A stretch of DNA of 63,975 nt, filler included, from Lama guanicoe (GCA_013239625.1; 193 parts of 193 records of this genome joined end to end with filler, not necessarily neighbours in it); one strand, 5' to 3'. Shown: positions 39,629-52,123, numbered from the whole stretch's first letter. Notes: a model not told the origin generated them from the sequence alone. Program-made: numbers and translations.

Positions 39629-40558
39629 CTGGAAGAGAAGCAATCATTTTAGAGCTGTCACAAAGTAACTTCGCCAAGCGTAGCCCTGCCGGCAGGCACA
39701 CCTAGGACCAGGACACTCAGCCTCCACGAGGCAGGTGTTNNNNNNNNNNNNNNNNNNNNNNNNNNNNNNNNNNNNNNNNNNNNTTAATTAATTAANNNNN
39801 NNNNNNNNNNNNNNNNNNNNNNNNNNNNNNNNNNNNNNNGAAGATTATCTTGCCCTCATTGCTTAGCAAGCATCCTCTTACAGTCAGAGATAAGGCACTG
39901 GGACATTATTTCCAGTCCTTTACCTTTTGAATTTCCCCCACCCTACCCCTTTTGCCATATGATTATGACTTTATATAAGCCATACCCCTTTAAATCAGAA
40001 TCGGAATCTCTAAACATTAACAAAGTGACACATCGTGTAAATGTTTTTTTTTCCAGAGTTGCTTTCACCATNNNNNNNNNNNNNNNNNNNNNNNNNNNNN
40101 NNNNNNNNNNNNNNNTTAATTAATTAANNNNNNNNNNNNNNNNNNNNNNNNNNNNNNNNNNNNNNNNNNNNAGGCTATATCCCCTGGCTCCTGAGTAACC
40201 TTCTGGGTTCAGCTGCCCTGAGGATAACCTCCCACTCACTGTGTCACACACACTGGCTCTCTTTCCTTACCTCTTCCTGCTCTCCTCTCCATCACTTATC
40301 CCAAGACCGTACACAAGCTGTTCACTGTCCCTCAATTCGTTCCACTTCTGCTCGGTTGACTCATGAGCATCCTTCAAATTCAGAACACTTTGAGTATTAA
40401 AAANNNNNNNNNNNNNNNNNNNNNNNNNNNNNNNNNNNNNNNNNNNNTTAATTAATTAANNNNNNNNNNNNNNNNNNNNNNNNNNNNNNNNNNNNNNNNN
40501 NNNGAGGCCTCGCCCTCGCCCGGCCCTCTCCATCCTGGCCCCCGCCCCCGGGACTCAC

Positions 40559-40649
40559 CCTGGATCCCTCGGGGCCCGGACCCGCCGCTGCCCGCGAGCA
40601 GGAGGACAACAAGGGGGAAGAAGGAGGAGGCTCCAGCCGACTCCGCCAT
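40559..40649 (-). CDS. ACVR1B: Activin receptor type-1B (ALK4) first coding exon (signal peptide)
   Basis: MAESAGASSFFPLVVLLLAGSGGSGPRGIQ followed by a G|gtgagt donor (91 coding nt), with a GCG-rich 5' UTR upstream. Confidence 0.96.
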
Positions 40650-40689
40650 AGTAACCGCCGCCGCCGCCGCCGCAGCCCAGCAGCGCCCA

Positions 40690-40707
40690 GCGCGCGCGCG
40701 CGCGCGC
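40690..40707. repeat. (GC)9 alternating tract upstream of the ACVR1B start codon
   Basis: gcgcgcgcgcgcgcgcgc read directly from the sequence. Confidence 0.9.
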
Positions 40708-40835
40708 CCCCGGCGCCTCCCTTACCCTCTTCCCGNNNNNNNNNNNNNNNNNNNNNNNNNNNNNNNNNNNNNNNNNNNNTTAATTAATTAANNNNNNNNN
40801 NNNNNNNNNNNNNNNNNNNNNNNNNNNNNNNNNNN

Positions 40836-41067
40836 CAGCTGAGAGACAAGAGGCGGAGGCCGTGATTGGGTTTGCCTTTGGAGCATCCACTTCGTAGGGA
40901 TGGACTGGCGGGGAGGCTGGGGCAGGGGGCCGGGCGGGGTGCTGTCCGGTCACCGGTAGAGATGAAGGTGGCTGGGACCAGCTGACACCCAGGGTTTGGG
41001 AGGAGGGCGTGGATACCATCCCGAGGCAGCAGGTGGAGTGATGGGACCTGGAGATTGCGGCACCACG
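40836..41067 (+). repeat. Copy B of the duplicated GC-rich sequence (copy A at 19257-19488)
   Basis: About 93% identical to copy A and colinear. Confidence 0.95.
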
Positions 41068-42892
41068 NNNNNNNNNNNNNNNNNNNNNNNNNNNNNNNNN
41101 NNNNNNNNNNNTTAATTAATTAANNNNNNNNNNNNNNNNNNNNNNNNNNNNNNNNNNNNNNNNNNNNCCCCCCATATGCTTAGCTTCCCCCACTGTCAAC
41201 ATTGCCTCCCAGAGTGGTACCTTTGTTACAGTGATAAGTTTTATGTTTTAAAATTCTCTACTACTTGTTGCTAGTATGTAGAAATAGAAATTATTATCAT
41301 GCATGCAGTTCTCGCTGTGCATGGTGGTGTGGGAACAAAAACATGACTGTTGTTCAAACTGGAACATTACAAAGCAATCTGAATAATCAATGGTAAAAAN
41401 NNNNNNNNNNNNNNNNNNNNNNNNNNNNNNNNNNNNNNNNNNNTTAATTAATTAANNNNNNNNNNNNNNNNNNNNNNNNNNNNNNNNNNNNNNNNNNNNT
41501 TTTTGACCCCTAGATCTGAATGTATGTTCTCTAGAAAATTGGGGCATTAGATTTAACAGGCAACAAGGATGTTACAAAATAAGTAGAGAGATTAAACATT
41601 AGGAGGGATTTTTTGGATTCTTTTATTAGCTATCAATCCATTCAGTTATAAAGGAAGACTATAGAATTTCTTCAGAAATGTAGCTTTAACAAAAACATCT
41701 GTTGATTTTTAAGTAAATTTAACTGTAATTTNNNNNNNNNNNNNNNNNNNNNNNNNNNNNNNNNNNNNNNNNNNNTTAATTAATTAANNNNNNNNNNNNN
41801 NNNNNNNNNNNNNNNNNNNNNNNNNNNNNNNAATTGAAGGCTTGAGAGGGGATAAGATGAGAAAAAATGTGTGAGCTGAGGTGAAGGAATGCCTGCCTTT
41901 AGGTGTCCTTAGTGGGCAGGCTACAGAAGAGGATGAGGAGCTGTGGTCAGAGACCAGAGACCTGGGAGTCTGCATTGTCGGAGGAGCCAGGGACATAGTG
42001 GTCACTAGGGTTCGGTACAGAGGACTGTAGAGAGCAGGGTGCAGCTGGAAGACAAGCTGTTGGNNNNNNNNNNNNNNNNNNNNNNNNNNNNNNNNNNNNN
42101 NNNNNNNTTAATTAATTAANNNNNNNNNNNNNNNNNNNNNNNNNNNNNNNNNNNNNNNNNNNNCAGCTTTTGGATGGCGGAGCAAAAGCATCCACGATGC
42201 TACGTGAAGGAAAGAGCGTGGCCGTGTGCGGGGCAGGCTCCACTTACAAAAGCAGACGGGCGGGACCCCGTGCAGCCGGAGCTGATGGCTCACTGGGGAC
42301 GCCCTGCCTCCTCCAGGGCACGATGCCTCTGTCTCTGTTACTCCCAGCAGCTGGCCTTGGGAAACATTTGCAAAAACAGACATATTAATAAAATTNNNNN
42401 NNNNNNNNNNNNNNNNNNNNNNNNNNNNNNNNNNNNNNNTTAATTAATTAANNNNNNNNNNNNNNNNNNNNNNNNNNNNNNNNNNNNNNNNNNNNGGTCA
42501 TCTAAGAGGTTTGTAGTTAGTTCTGCTTTTGCAGTGTCTAGTTTTAACTTTTTCTCATTGTAGGCTTTTGGTTACTCCCCTTCCACCCTATCCCTGAATT
42601 TTATTTTCTGAGAGTCTGCATTTCAAGCTGCTAGGGCAGAGAGTGTGATTACAGAAGGAAGGGCTCCTCACCCAGGTACCTTGCTCTCTAGCTGTCATTA
42701 GGAAAGCCATTCAGAGTCAGGATCTAANNNNNNNNNNNNNNNNNNNNNNNNNNNNNNNNNNNNNNNNNNNNTTAATTAATTAANNNNNNNNNNNNNNNNN
42801 NNNNNNNNNNNNNNNNNNNNNNNNNNNGCGGTCCCGGTGCCGAGACGTGAGGGGAACCTGACGGAGGAGGAAGGGGCCCGGAGTCAAGACGT

Positions 42893-43059
42893 GAACCGAC
42901 AATGGTGAAGCCCTCCCTGAATCCATCCCGTCAGCTCCTGGGACACTGCCTCACTTAATAGAGGAGCCAGATGATGCTCATATCATCAAGAGCAACCCCA
43001 TCACACTGAAGTGCAAAGCTAGGCCAGCCATGCAGATATTCTTCAAATGCAATGGCGAG
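42893..43059 (+). pseudogene. UNC5D: UNC5D exon-2-derived sequence, probably a retrocopy or pseudogene
   Basis: [55 protein letters not shown] versus recalled UNC5D ...[38 protein letters not shown]. There is no splice acceptor upstream and an in-frame TGA lies at 42892-42894. Confidence 0.85.
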
Positions 43060-44487
43060 NNNNNNNNNNNNNNNNNNNNNNNNNNNNNNNNNNNNNNNNN
43101 NNNTTAATTAATTAANNNNNNNNNNNNNNNNNNNNNNNNNNNNNNNNNNNNNNNNNNNNCTCCAGCCACTGGAGGGTGGGGAGCCAGGCCCTCAGCTCCC
43201 CCTCCCCCCTCCTCCCTCCCAGGTCAGCTGTAGGACCCCCTCCTGGCCATCCCTCTCCCAGAGTCTCAGCTGCCATTGACCTGTTCCTCTGCCTCCCCAT
43301 TCCTGGCCAGGCCATCCTGTCTGCCTGCCTCGCTCCATCTGGCCTCTCTGTACAGCATCTCATCCTCCACACCCAGCCCCAGAGGCTCCCCNNNNNNNNN
43401 NNNNNNNNNNNNNNNNNNNNNNNNNNNNNNNNNNNTTAATTAATTAANNNNNNNNNNNNNNNNNNNNNNNNNNNNNNNNNNNNNNNNNNNNTTGACATCT
43501 GAATATAGTTATTAGACATAGGATTTCAAGAAACCTATTCAGCTAACATGCAGACCTTAAGTAGAGACTTCTAGAAATTCTCAGCAGGATAAGCGCTAAG
43601 CAGGGGCTCCCTTCTTTGATAATGTGTGAGAAGAGAATGGCCACATTTCTGCATTTCCCCTCCTGTGGGGCACATGAGTTCTTTCTCAATACTAAACCTG
43701 CTATCTGAGTGGGAGAGTTCATCNNNNNNNNNNNNNNNNNNNNNNNNNNNNNNNNNNNNNNNNNNNNTTAATTAATTAANNNNNNNNNNNNNNNNNNNNN
43801 NNNNNNNNNNNNNNNNNNNNNNNTAAAAGATACCATTTCATCTGAAATAACAATGAAAACATATAAAAAAAACTCTCCCAAACCTGCTTTTTCCAAACTC
43901 ATCCACCATTGGTGGAGAGCATCTTTCATCCTTCGGGATTTGCTCCGGCCAAAAACCTTGGAAGACATCCTTGATTCCAATACGGCAGCAAATCCCAGCC
44001 CCTGTCCCCGCTTCTGGAGCTGCCTGCCTGTTGAAGACCCCATCATCTCTCACATNNNNNNNNNNNNNNNNNNNNNNNNNNNNNNNNNNNNNNNNNNNNT
44101 TAATTAATTAANNNNNNNNNNNNNNNNNNNNNNNNNNNNNNNNNNNNNNNNNNNNACAGAGTTTACCTCATAAGTCTGTTGGGAGAATTAAATTAGGGAA
44201 TATATATAAGGCACTTAGCCACAAAGACACATACTGCACATGCATTCACATCATAAAGCACTCAGTAACTGTTATCCTTTATTGTTGGCATTATGATTAT
44301 AATTGCTGTGGTTATAATGGTTTGGGAGATGATGCCAATGAAGACCTGAGGAAAGAAAAATAATTATAAATGACTAATAAGTGATGGNNNNNNNNNNNNN
44401 NNNNNNNNNNNNNNNNNNNNNNNNNNNNNNNTTAATTAATTAANNNNNNNNNNNNNNNNNNNNNNNNNNNNNNNNNNNNNNNNNNNN

Positions 44488-44718
44488 GCCGCCGCCGCCG
44501 CCGCCGCCGCCGCCGGTCGCCGGCACGCTGAGCCCTGCGCAGCCGTGCGGGGACACGGGCGAGAAGCTCGGGAAGAAGGCAGGGTTCATGGAAGACGGCA
44601 GCCCCGGGTAGAAGCCGTTCTCCGAATCGGGGCTGGGCGGCGGCATGGCGCTGAGCGAGCCGCCGCCGCCGCCGCCGCCGCCGCCACCCGGGGTGGCGGC
44701 CGACGAGCCCGGCTGCGG
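44488..44718 (-). CDS. CPEB2: CPEB2 exon 1, partial
   Basis: PQPGSSAATP(G)10SLSAMPPPSPDSENGFYPGLPSSMNPAFFPSFSPVSPHGCAGLSVPAT(G)9 matches the recalled CPEB2 low-complexity N-terminus. Confidence 0.92.
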
Positions 44719-45151
44719 CNNNNNNNNNNNNNNNNNNNNNNNNNNNNNNNNNNNNNNNNNNNNTTAATTAATTAANNNNNNNNNNNNNNNNNNNNNNNNN
44801 NNNNNNNNNNNNNNNNNNNGTGCTCCCCAAGGGAGAGGTGCTAAAGCCAGACCAGTGCTGGGGTGGGCGGGACTTGGGAGGCCGGATGTCTGCACCTCCG
44901 GGGGGGAAGGCAGCCGCACCTGCTCTCAGATGGTCTAAGTGAGCACAGAGGGATGGAGAAATGTCTCCAAACAGACGGCTGTAAACGGGTTCAAGAAAAG
45001 GTGGAGGAAAACGCTGGGTGAACTGCTAAGATGGCAGGACTTGAGAAGATTNNNNNNNNNNNNNNNNNNNNNNNNNNNNNNNNNNNNNNNNNNNNTTAAT
45101 TAATTAANNNNNNNNNNNNNNNNNNNNNNNNNNNNNNNNNNNNNNNNNNNN

Positions 45152-45715
45152 TACTGCCCCAGTCTCCAGATAAGAGAATTGATCATAGGCTTATTATTGA
45201 TGACCTAATTTGATACATTGTAACATGCATTACTCAATGAGCAGTCCATATTATACTTTAGAAAAGTTTTCATAAGATCGGAGCAGATTGTATTTGACCC
45301 TTGCAATTACTGCTGTTATTGTAATATCCTAAAGTTCTCCAACAGCTATTTTTAAATTTGTCTACAATATTAAATATTCTTGTNNNNNNNNNNNNNNNNN
45401 NNNNNNNNNNNNNNNNNNNNNNNNNNNTTAATTAATTAANNNNNNNNNNNNNNNNNNNNNNNNNNNNNNNNNNNNNNNNNNNNTACTGCCCCAGTCTCCA
45501 GATAAGAGAATTGATCATAGGCTTATTATTGACGACCTAATTTGATAAATTGTAACATGCATTACTCAATGAACAGTCCATATTATACTTTAGAAAAGTT
45601 TTCATAAGATAGGAGCAGATTATATTTGATCCTTGCAATTACTGCTGTTATTGTAATATCCTAAAATTCTCCAACAGCTATTTTTAAATTTGTCTACAAT
45701 ATTAAATATTCTTGT
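45152..45715 (+). repeat. Pair of near-identical fragments (45152-45383 and 45484-45715), assembly bubble
   Basis: 7 substitutions, with the first 49 and last 49 nt identical. Confidence 0.95.
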
Positions 45716-47143
45716 NNNNNNNNNNNNNNNNNNNNNNNNNNNNNNNNNNNNNNNNNNNNTTAATTAATTAANNNNNNNNNNNNNNNNNNNNNNNNNNNNN
45801 NNNNNNNNNNNNNNNTCAATTTACTTTAAATCATGTAAGAAAAAGGATGATTTGTTGACAAATGAATTACCAAATGGCATACTGTGTTTGATTTGTGGAC
45901 CAAATGTTTTAAAATACAGACTGAATATAATCTTATGATTACATATTCATGACCTGATTTTTGGAATTTTTACATTTCATGTATAAAATTTAAGTGGTCT
46001 AGTTTAACAATTTTTGTGTTTTGTTTCTAACAAAATGAGATAAAAATNNNNNNNNNNNNNNNNNNNNNNNNNNNNNNNNNNNNNNNNNNNNTTAATTAAT
46101 TAANNNNNNNNNNNNNNNNNNNNNNNNNNNNNNNNNNNNNNNNNNNNTGGACATGTTCCTTCACCTCCGCGGGCCTCTGTTCCCTCCCCTGCGACACGGG
46201 GACCTTCCTACCTGGAAGGGTTTGGCAATGAGGCGCCGCCCTGGCTCGAGGTCGCTGCTTTCCCTTCCTCCTTCCTGATGCAGTCTCACCACAAGGGATG
46301 TTTGCAAGACACGCCCTCACGTTCATGGCATGTGGGTAGGTTTTGTTTGGCCCACACAGTTTGTAAAGATCAAAAGGCANNNNNNNNNNNNNNNNNNNNN
46401 NNNNNNNNNNNNNNNNNNNNNNNTTAATTAATTAANNNNNNNNNNNNNNNNNNNNNNNNNNNNNNNNNNNNNNNNNNNNAATAGAAACATAGGCAAGAGA
46501 TTTGAACAGAGTATACCAGAGTGACCAAGAAATACCTGAAATCTGACAGGGAAATACAAGATAAAATCACAGTGTGGAGGTAACACACACCCGGTGAAAA
46601 GGCAAAAATGAGAAAGATGGGTGATACCAAGTAGCAGTGAGGACATGAGGCAATAGAAGTGCGCACACTGCTTGTAGGAGTGTAAACTGGTACCACTGCT
46701 TTAGAAAACTANNNNNNNNNNNNNNNNNNNNNNNNNNNNNNNNNNNNNNNNNNNNTTAATTAATTAANNNNNNNNNNNNNNNNNNNNNNNNNNNNNNNNN
46801 NNNNNNNNNNNTGTATTTTATGCGAGACTCTGCCTACCAGGCCTTCTTTCGTGCCAAGTGTATTTCTAAGTCCCTCTTACCTTATGATATCATTCTAATC
46901 TCAAACAGATATGATCATTTTCTCTTTTTTTTTTTCCCCAGTGTAGACATTCTTCAGAGACATGTCCACCAGCCTCCATTTTCCACGTCACCCGCTGCTC
47001 TTGCCTGCAAGAGGGCTGTCCGTGAGGACTGCTTGTTTGTGTCNNNNNNNNNNNNNNNNNNNNNNNNNNNNNNNNNNNNNNNNNNNNTTAATTAATTAAN
47101 NNNNNNNNNNNNNNNNNNNNNNNNNNNNNNNNNNNNNNNNNNN

Positions 47144-47244
47144 TTTACAGTGTGGAAATTGAGGCACACAGAGGGTAAGTAATTTGGCCAAAGTCAGAAA
47201 ACTAGTAAGTGGCAGAGCTGGTATTTTAACCCTGGCTGTCTGGT
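47144..47244 (-). mobile_element. MIR SINE
   Basis: tttacagtgtggaaattgaggcacacagagggtaagtaatttggccaaagtca...ctagtaagtggcagagctgg. Confidence 0.85.
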
Positions 47245-47813
47245 TTTGAGGCTCACAGAGATGAGCTTTGGTTGTTTAGATGTACCTGCATGCCTTGATC
47301 TCTGTACCTCTGTGCATCATTTAGCCCAGAAAGACAGAGAAAGGAGAGTTACACAGGTGCTCACAGTCGAGTATCNNNNNNNNNNNNNNNNNNNNNNNNN
47401 NNNNNNNNNNNNNNNNNNNTTAATTAATTAANNNNNNNNNNNNNNNNNNNNNNNNNNNNNNNNNNNNNNNNNNNNTTTTCATTCTATTTATCACCAACAG
47501 ATACTTGGGAAGTGAAATTTAAGGAAAAAAAAACACACCAAAATAGCCTCAAAATATAAACACTTATGAATAAATCTGGTATATAATCAACTCAATACAC
47601 CTGAAAAGATAATTTTACAAAATCCAACTACCATTCCTGATTAAGATCTGTATGAACCAGGAGTAGAAGGGAACTTCCGAAACAAGGTAAAAATATACAT
47701 GAGCGATNNNNNNNNNNNNNNNNNNNNNNNNNNNNNNNNNNNNNNNNNNNNTTAATTAATTAANNNNNNNNNNNNNNNNNNNNNNNNNNNNNNNNNNNNN
47801 NNNNNNNGTATTC

Positions 47814-47820
47814 TGATGTG
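47814..47820 (+). promoter_or_regulatory. Recombination signal heptamer of the J segment (nonamer lies outside the fragment)
   Basis: tgatgtg abuts the J coding end and retains the essential GTG. Confidence 0.7.
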
Positions 47821-47864
47821 CTATGACTTTTACTTCGGCCCAGGGACCAAGCTGACAGTCGTAG
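47821..47864 (+). CDS. T-cell receptor beta J segment, TRBJ1-2-like (germline)
   Basis: YDFYFGPGTKLTVV with the FGxG motif and a G|gtaagg donor. Flanks tattctgatgtg and gtaaggccagggtctc resemble recalled TRBJ1-2 flanks. Confidence 0.88.
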
Positions 47865-49135
47865 GTAAGGCCAGGGTCTCCAGCGAGTACCATGAGGCAG
47901 GACTGTCTCCTGGGGAGGACTCGCTTCCCTGGGGAAGGGAAGGATGACCCAGCTCCTGGGTCCTGGTGGCTCTGTGGGGGAAAAGATCCGCGAACAGCCC
48001 AACCTCTCCCTGAATCCCAGCTGGCTCAGGAGACAAGGGNNNNNNNNNNNNNNNNNNNNNNNNNNNNNNNNNNNNNNNNNNNNTTAATTAATTAANNNNN
48101 NNNNNNNNNNNNNNNNNNNNNNNNNNNNNNNNNNNNNNNATTAGAATATCAGAATATGAGAAACAATGAAATTTAATGAGTTATTATTTACAGAGTCACA
48201 AAAGAATACTACAGGTGAGCACAGAAAATGTTTTACTTAACTAGTATTTAAGTATTAGTTAGCTATGTAAATTTTGGTAATAAAAATATTCTCAATTTAT
48301 TACAAATTTCAAATGTTGAATAATGGCTATGTAACTAACAATTTAAGACTGATTTTTGTGTATAGTGGTAANNNNNNNNNNNNNNNNNNNNNNNNNNNNN
48401 NNNNNNNNNNNNNNNTTAATTAATTAANNNNNNNNNNNNNNNNNNNNNNNNNNNNNNNNNNNNNNNNNNNNTTATAAATTACCTGCAGTTACCCTTTGCG
48501 TGCTTTAGAAAGTGGGCCATTCACATCTTTTTCTTGATTTCTTAGAGTTCTTTATATATTTTAAATACTAATAGATGGCAAAGGTACCATTACAAATCAG
48601 TGAGAAAAAATTGGTTCTCTTAGTCTGTGGCTTATTTTATTTTATGGTGTATTATACAAGCATAATTTAACATTTTTAATGTTAGAAGATTTATCTTTTT
48701 TTTNNNNNNNNNNNNNNNNNNNNNNNNNNNNNNNNNNNNNNNNNNNNTTAATTAATTAANNNNNNNNNNNNNNNNNNNNNNNNNNNNNNNNNNNNNNNNN
48801 NNNAAATCGGATTTGCATCTCTAAAGTTTCAGAAGTTCTTGCAACAGGCTACCGGAAGTCTACTTTTTATTTTACTGTTTTCAAAATAAGTTCGTTTCTG
48901 AAATTTAGGTGTCAAGTTGAAATATTACATGCAGAAAAGACCAAAATGACTCCCTTACCTATCTGTTATCCCCTAAGAAGTCAGTCATGTGTCACCTCTT
49001 TGCTTAGAACATGCCTCTAAGGGTGCCCTAGAGGANNNNNNNNNNNNNNNNNNNNNNNNNNNNNNNNNNNNNNNNNNNNTTAATTAATTAANNNNNNNNN
49101 NNNNNNNNNNNNNNNNNNNNNNNNNNNNNNNNNNN

Positions 49136-49367
49136 AAAATTAGGAAATTCACAGACATGGAAATTATCACACTCCTAAACAACCCCTGGTTCAAAGATAA
49201 AATCACAAGGAAAATTAGAAAATACTTTGAGATTAACGAAAAAAAGGAAAAAAAACCGTAGGAATTGCAGAGACAGCAACTTTGAGGGAAGTCTATAGCT
49301 GTGAATGCCTATATTAAAAAAAAAAAAATAAGATCGCAAATCAATAACCTAAACTTCCACCTTAAGA
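49136..49367 (+). mobile_element. Decayed L1 ORF2 fragment (after the endonuclease domain)
   Basis: acactcctaaacaacccctggttcaaagataaaatcacaaggaaaattagaaaatactttgag...caaatcaataacctaaacttccaccttaag. Confidence 0.85.
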
Positions 49368-52123
49368 NNNNNNNNNNNNNNNNNNNNNNNNNNNNNNNNN
49401 NNNNNNNNNNNTTAATTAATTAANNNNNNNNNNNNNNNNNNNNNNNNNNNNNNNNNNNNNNNNNNNNAGAGTGTTACGAACTCCTGGGAGAGGAGGTAGG
49501 TGGTATTGCCTTGGGATGACAATACACCAGGGGAAAGACTTAAGTTCTTCTGTTGTCACCCACTTAAACAATTTGGGAACGCCTTTGACTGACCCATCAT
49601 AACAGCAATGACCAGCATCACCCCAGCTTCTCAGTGCAAATGGGGATAATGCTGGGCTGGCAGGAAAACACGTCTGGATGAAGATCTGCAAAGACCCTTN
49701 NNNNNNNNNNNNNNNNNNNNNNNNNNNNNNNNNNNNNNNNNNNTTAATTAATTAANNNNNNNNNNNNNNNNNNNNNNNNNNNNNNNNNNNNNNNNNNNNA
49801 TATTTCCAGCTAGGCAGCCAGAAGTAAATTTTATTCTTATCGGTAATTTTTTCAATATTAAGTGTTCAGTGTAAGTGTCCTACTCACAATGCAGAAGTGT
49901 TTTCTTTACTTTAATGATGTATTTTTAATGTCACATTAAACAATTGTTGGAATAATAGCTAGTCAGGATCAGAACAAAAATATGCTCAATTTTATTTCTC
50001 CATCACATCAGCAAAACATAAGATTTGAAGANNNNNNNNNNNNNNNNNNNNNNNNNNNNNNNNNNNNNNNNNNNNTTAATTAATTAANNNNNNNNNNNNN
50101 NNNNNNNNNNNNNNNNNNNNNNNNNNNNNNNAAGTGAAACAATTTCTCTGGATTCTCAGCCTGTGTTTGAGTGCTGTTTTTATGTTCCTGCAGGGTTCAA
50201 GGTAAAACTGAGTTGAAACAAGTATATTGTCATATATATGTACGTATTGTAGTCACCAAATGAAAAGAAACATTCTTTTCCCAAGAAGTTAAGTGAAGGA
50301 TGGCTTTCACACTCACTTATCACTCTGAAATTAGTATGTGGATAAACTTTCATTCATCTAGCANNNNNNNNNNNNNNNNNNNNNNNNNNNNNNNNNNNNN
50401 NNNNNNNTTAATTAATTAANNNNNNNNNNNNNNNNNNNNNNNNNNNNNNNNNNNNNNNNNNNNTGGAGGTCTCAGGGAATCACCCAATATACTAAATATT
50501 CTGGGTCCTATAATTTTATCTAAAATTTTTTTATACGTGGAAGTCTAGATGCCTTTACATAAATACTTTCAGCAATTCTAAAACTATAAAATATTCCTTT
50601 AAAAATAGGATAAGTTTTGTTTTGTTTTGTTTTGAACATGTAGAAGAGTTCAGTGAGGAGTGGGTTTCCTTCTCACAGATGAATTTTGCAGCATCNNNNN
50701 NNNNNNNNNNNNNNNNNNNNNNNNNNNNNNNNNNNNNNNTTAATTAATTAANNNNNNNNNNNNNNNNNNNNNNNNNNNNNNNNNNNNNNNNNNNNACTAC
50801 AAAGGCCCATTCAGAGTTTTCAATCTAAAAAAAAGTGACATTGAATATTCTAAAATTTTTTAATTGTGTAACTTGAATTATAAATGAAAGTGCAAATTGC
50901 TTTGCTAGATAGTAGAAATGCTGTTAACTGTAGCAAAATAACCATTTAACCTTAGGAAAGACATTAAGTTGAAATTCCGTCCCCTGTTGACCATTGTATG
51001 TTATAAAAGTAAGTGAGAACTACTTGANNNNNNNNNNNNNNNNNNNNNNNNNNNNNNNNNNNNNNNNNNNNTTAATTAATTAANNNNNNNNNNNNNNNNN
51101 NNNNNNNNNNNNNNNNNNNNNNNNNNNAGTGGAGGACATAAGGGGAGCTGTCTCTTTTTACTTTCTATTTGTCTGTATTCCATGAATACTGTAAAACAAG
51201 CGTGAGTTACTTTTTAATTAAGAAAAATCACAGTAATATAATTTCATGCTCTATAATCACAAACAGGTAACACTGATTTAACTAGAAGCTGAGAATATAC
51301 TTACACTTGGCTTTCAGGGCAAGTTCTGTAGGGTTTTACCCGTGCACCTCTATGGAATGNNNNNNNNNNNNNNNNNNNNNNNNNNNNNNNNNNNNNNNNN
51401 NNNTTAATTAATTAANNNNNNNNNNNNNNNNNNNNNNNNNNNNNNNNNNNNNNNNNNNNGTAATACAAGTCAGTATTATTGGGGATATACAATGAACAAA
51501 GGCCTTTGTTTTATATATCATATATTTTGATTTTATAAAATTTGCTGAAGAATAATGTATATGCTTGCACATATAGTTTATGTATTTTTATATATATAAT
51601 AAAAAGATATATAATAAAAATAAAACAGAGGCTTTCATTCATAGTATATCCCTGAGAATACTGATACATCACCGATCTATTATATATAAATNNNNNNNNN
51701 NNNNNNNNNNNNNNNNNNNNNNNNNNNNNNNNNNNTTAATTAATTAANNNNNNNNNNNNNNNNNNNNNNNNNNNNNNNNNNNNNNNNNNNNAAAAAAATA
51801 GTGAAATGTGTCAATGTAAAGTTTATGATTTCACGAATCTTTCAAATTCCTAACCCTCAACTGTATCGGAAAAGTCAGTGTATGAACCGTATGTGTGAAC
51901 CACATCCGTTAACACAGAATATATACCTTTTGTCACATTTCAATTGAAATGCACACACTCTCACGACATGTACCCATCAGTTTGATGGTGGCTGAACTTG
52001 ATAAAAATGAAAAAAATCACAATNNNNNNNNNNNNNNNNNNNNNNNNNNNNNNNNNNNNNNNNNNNNTTAATTAATTAANNNNNNNNNNNNNNNNNNNNN
52101 NNNNNNNNNNNNNNNNNNNNNNN

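Noticed and set aside
43824..44055. Overlapping ORFs on both strands with a possible donor site
   Set aside because: No recognisable protein in any frame, so it cannot be supported without a search.
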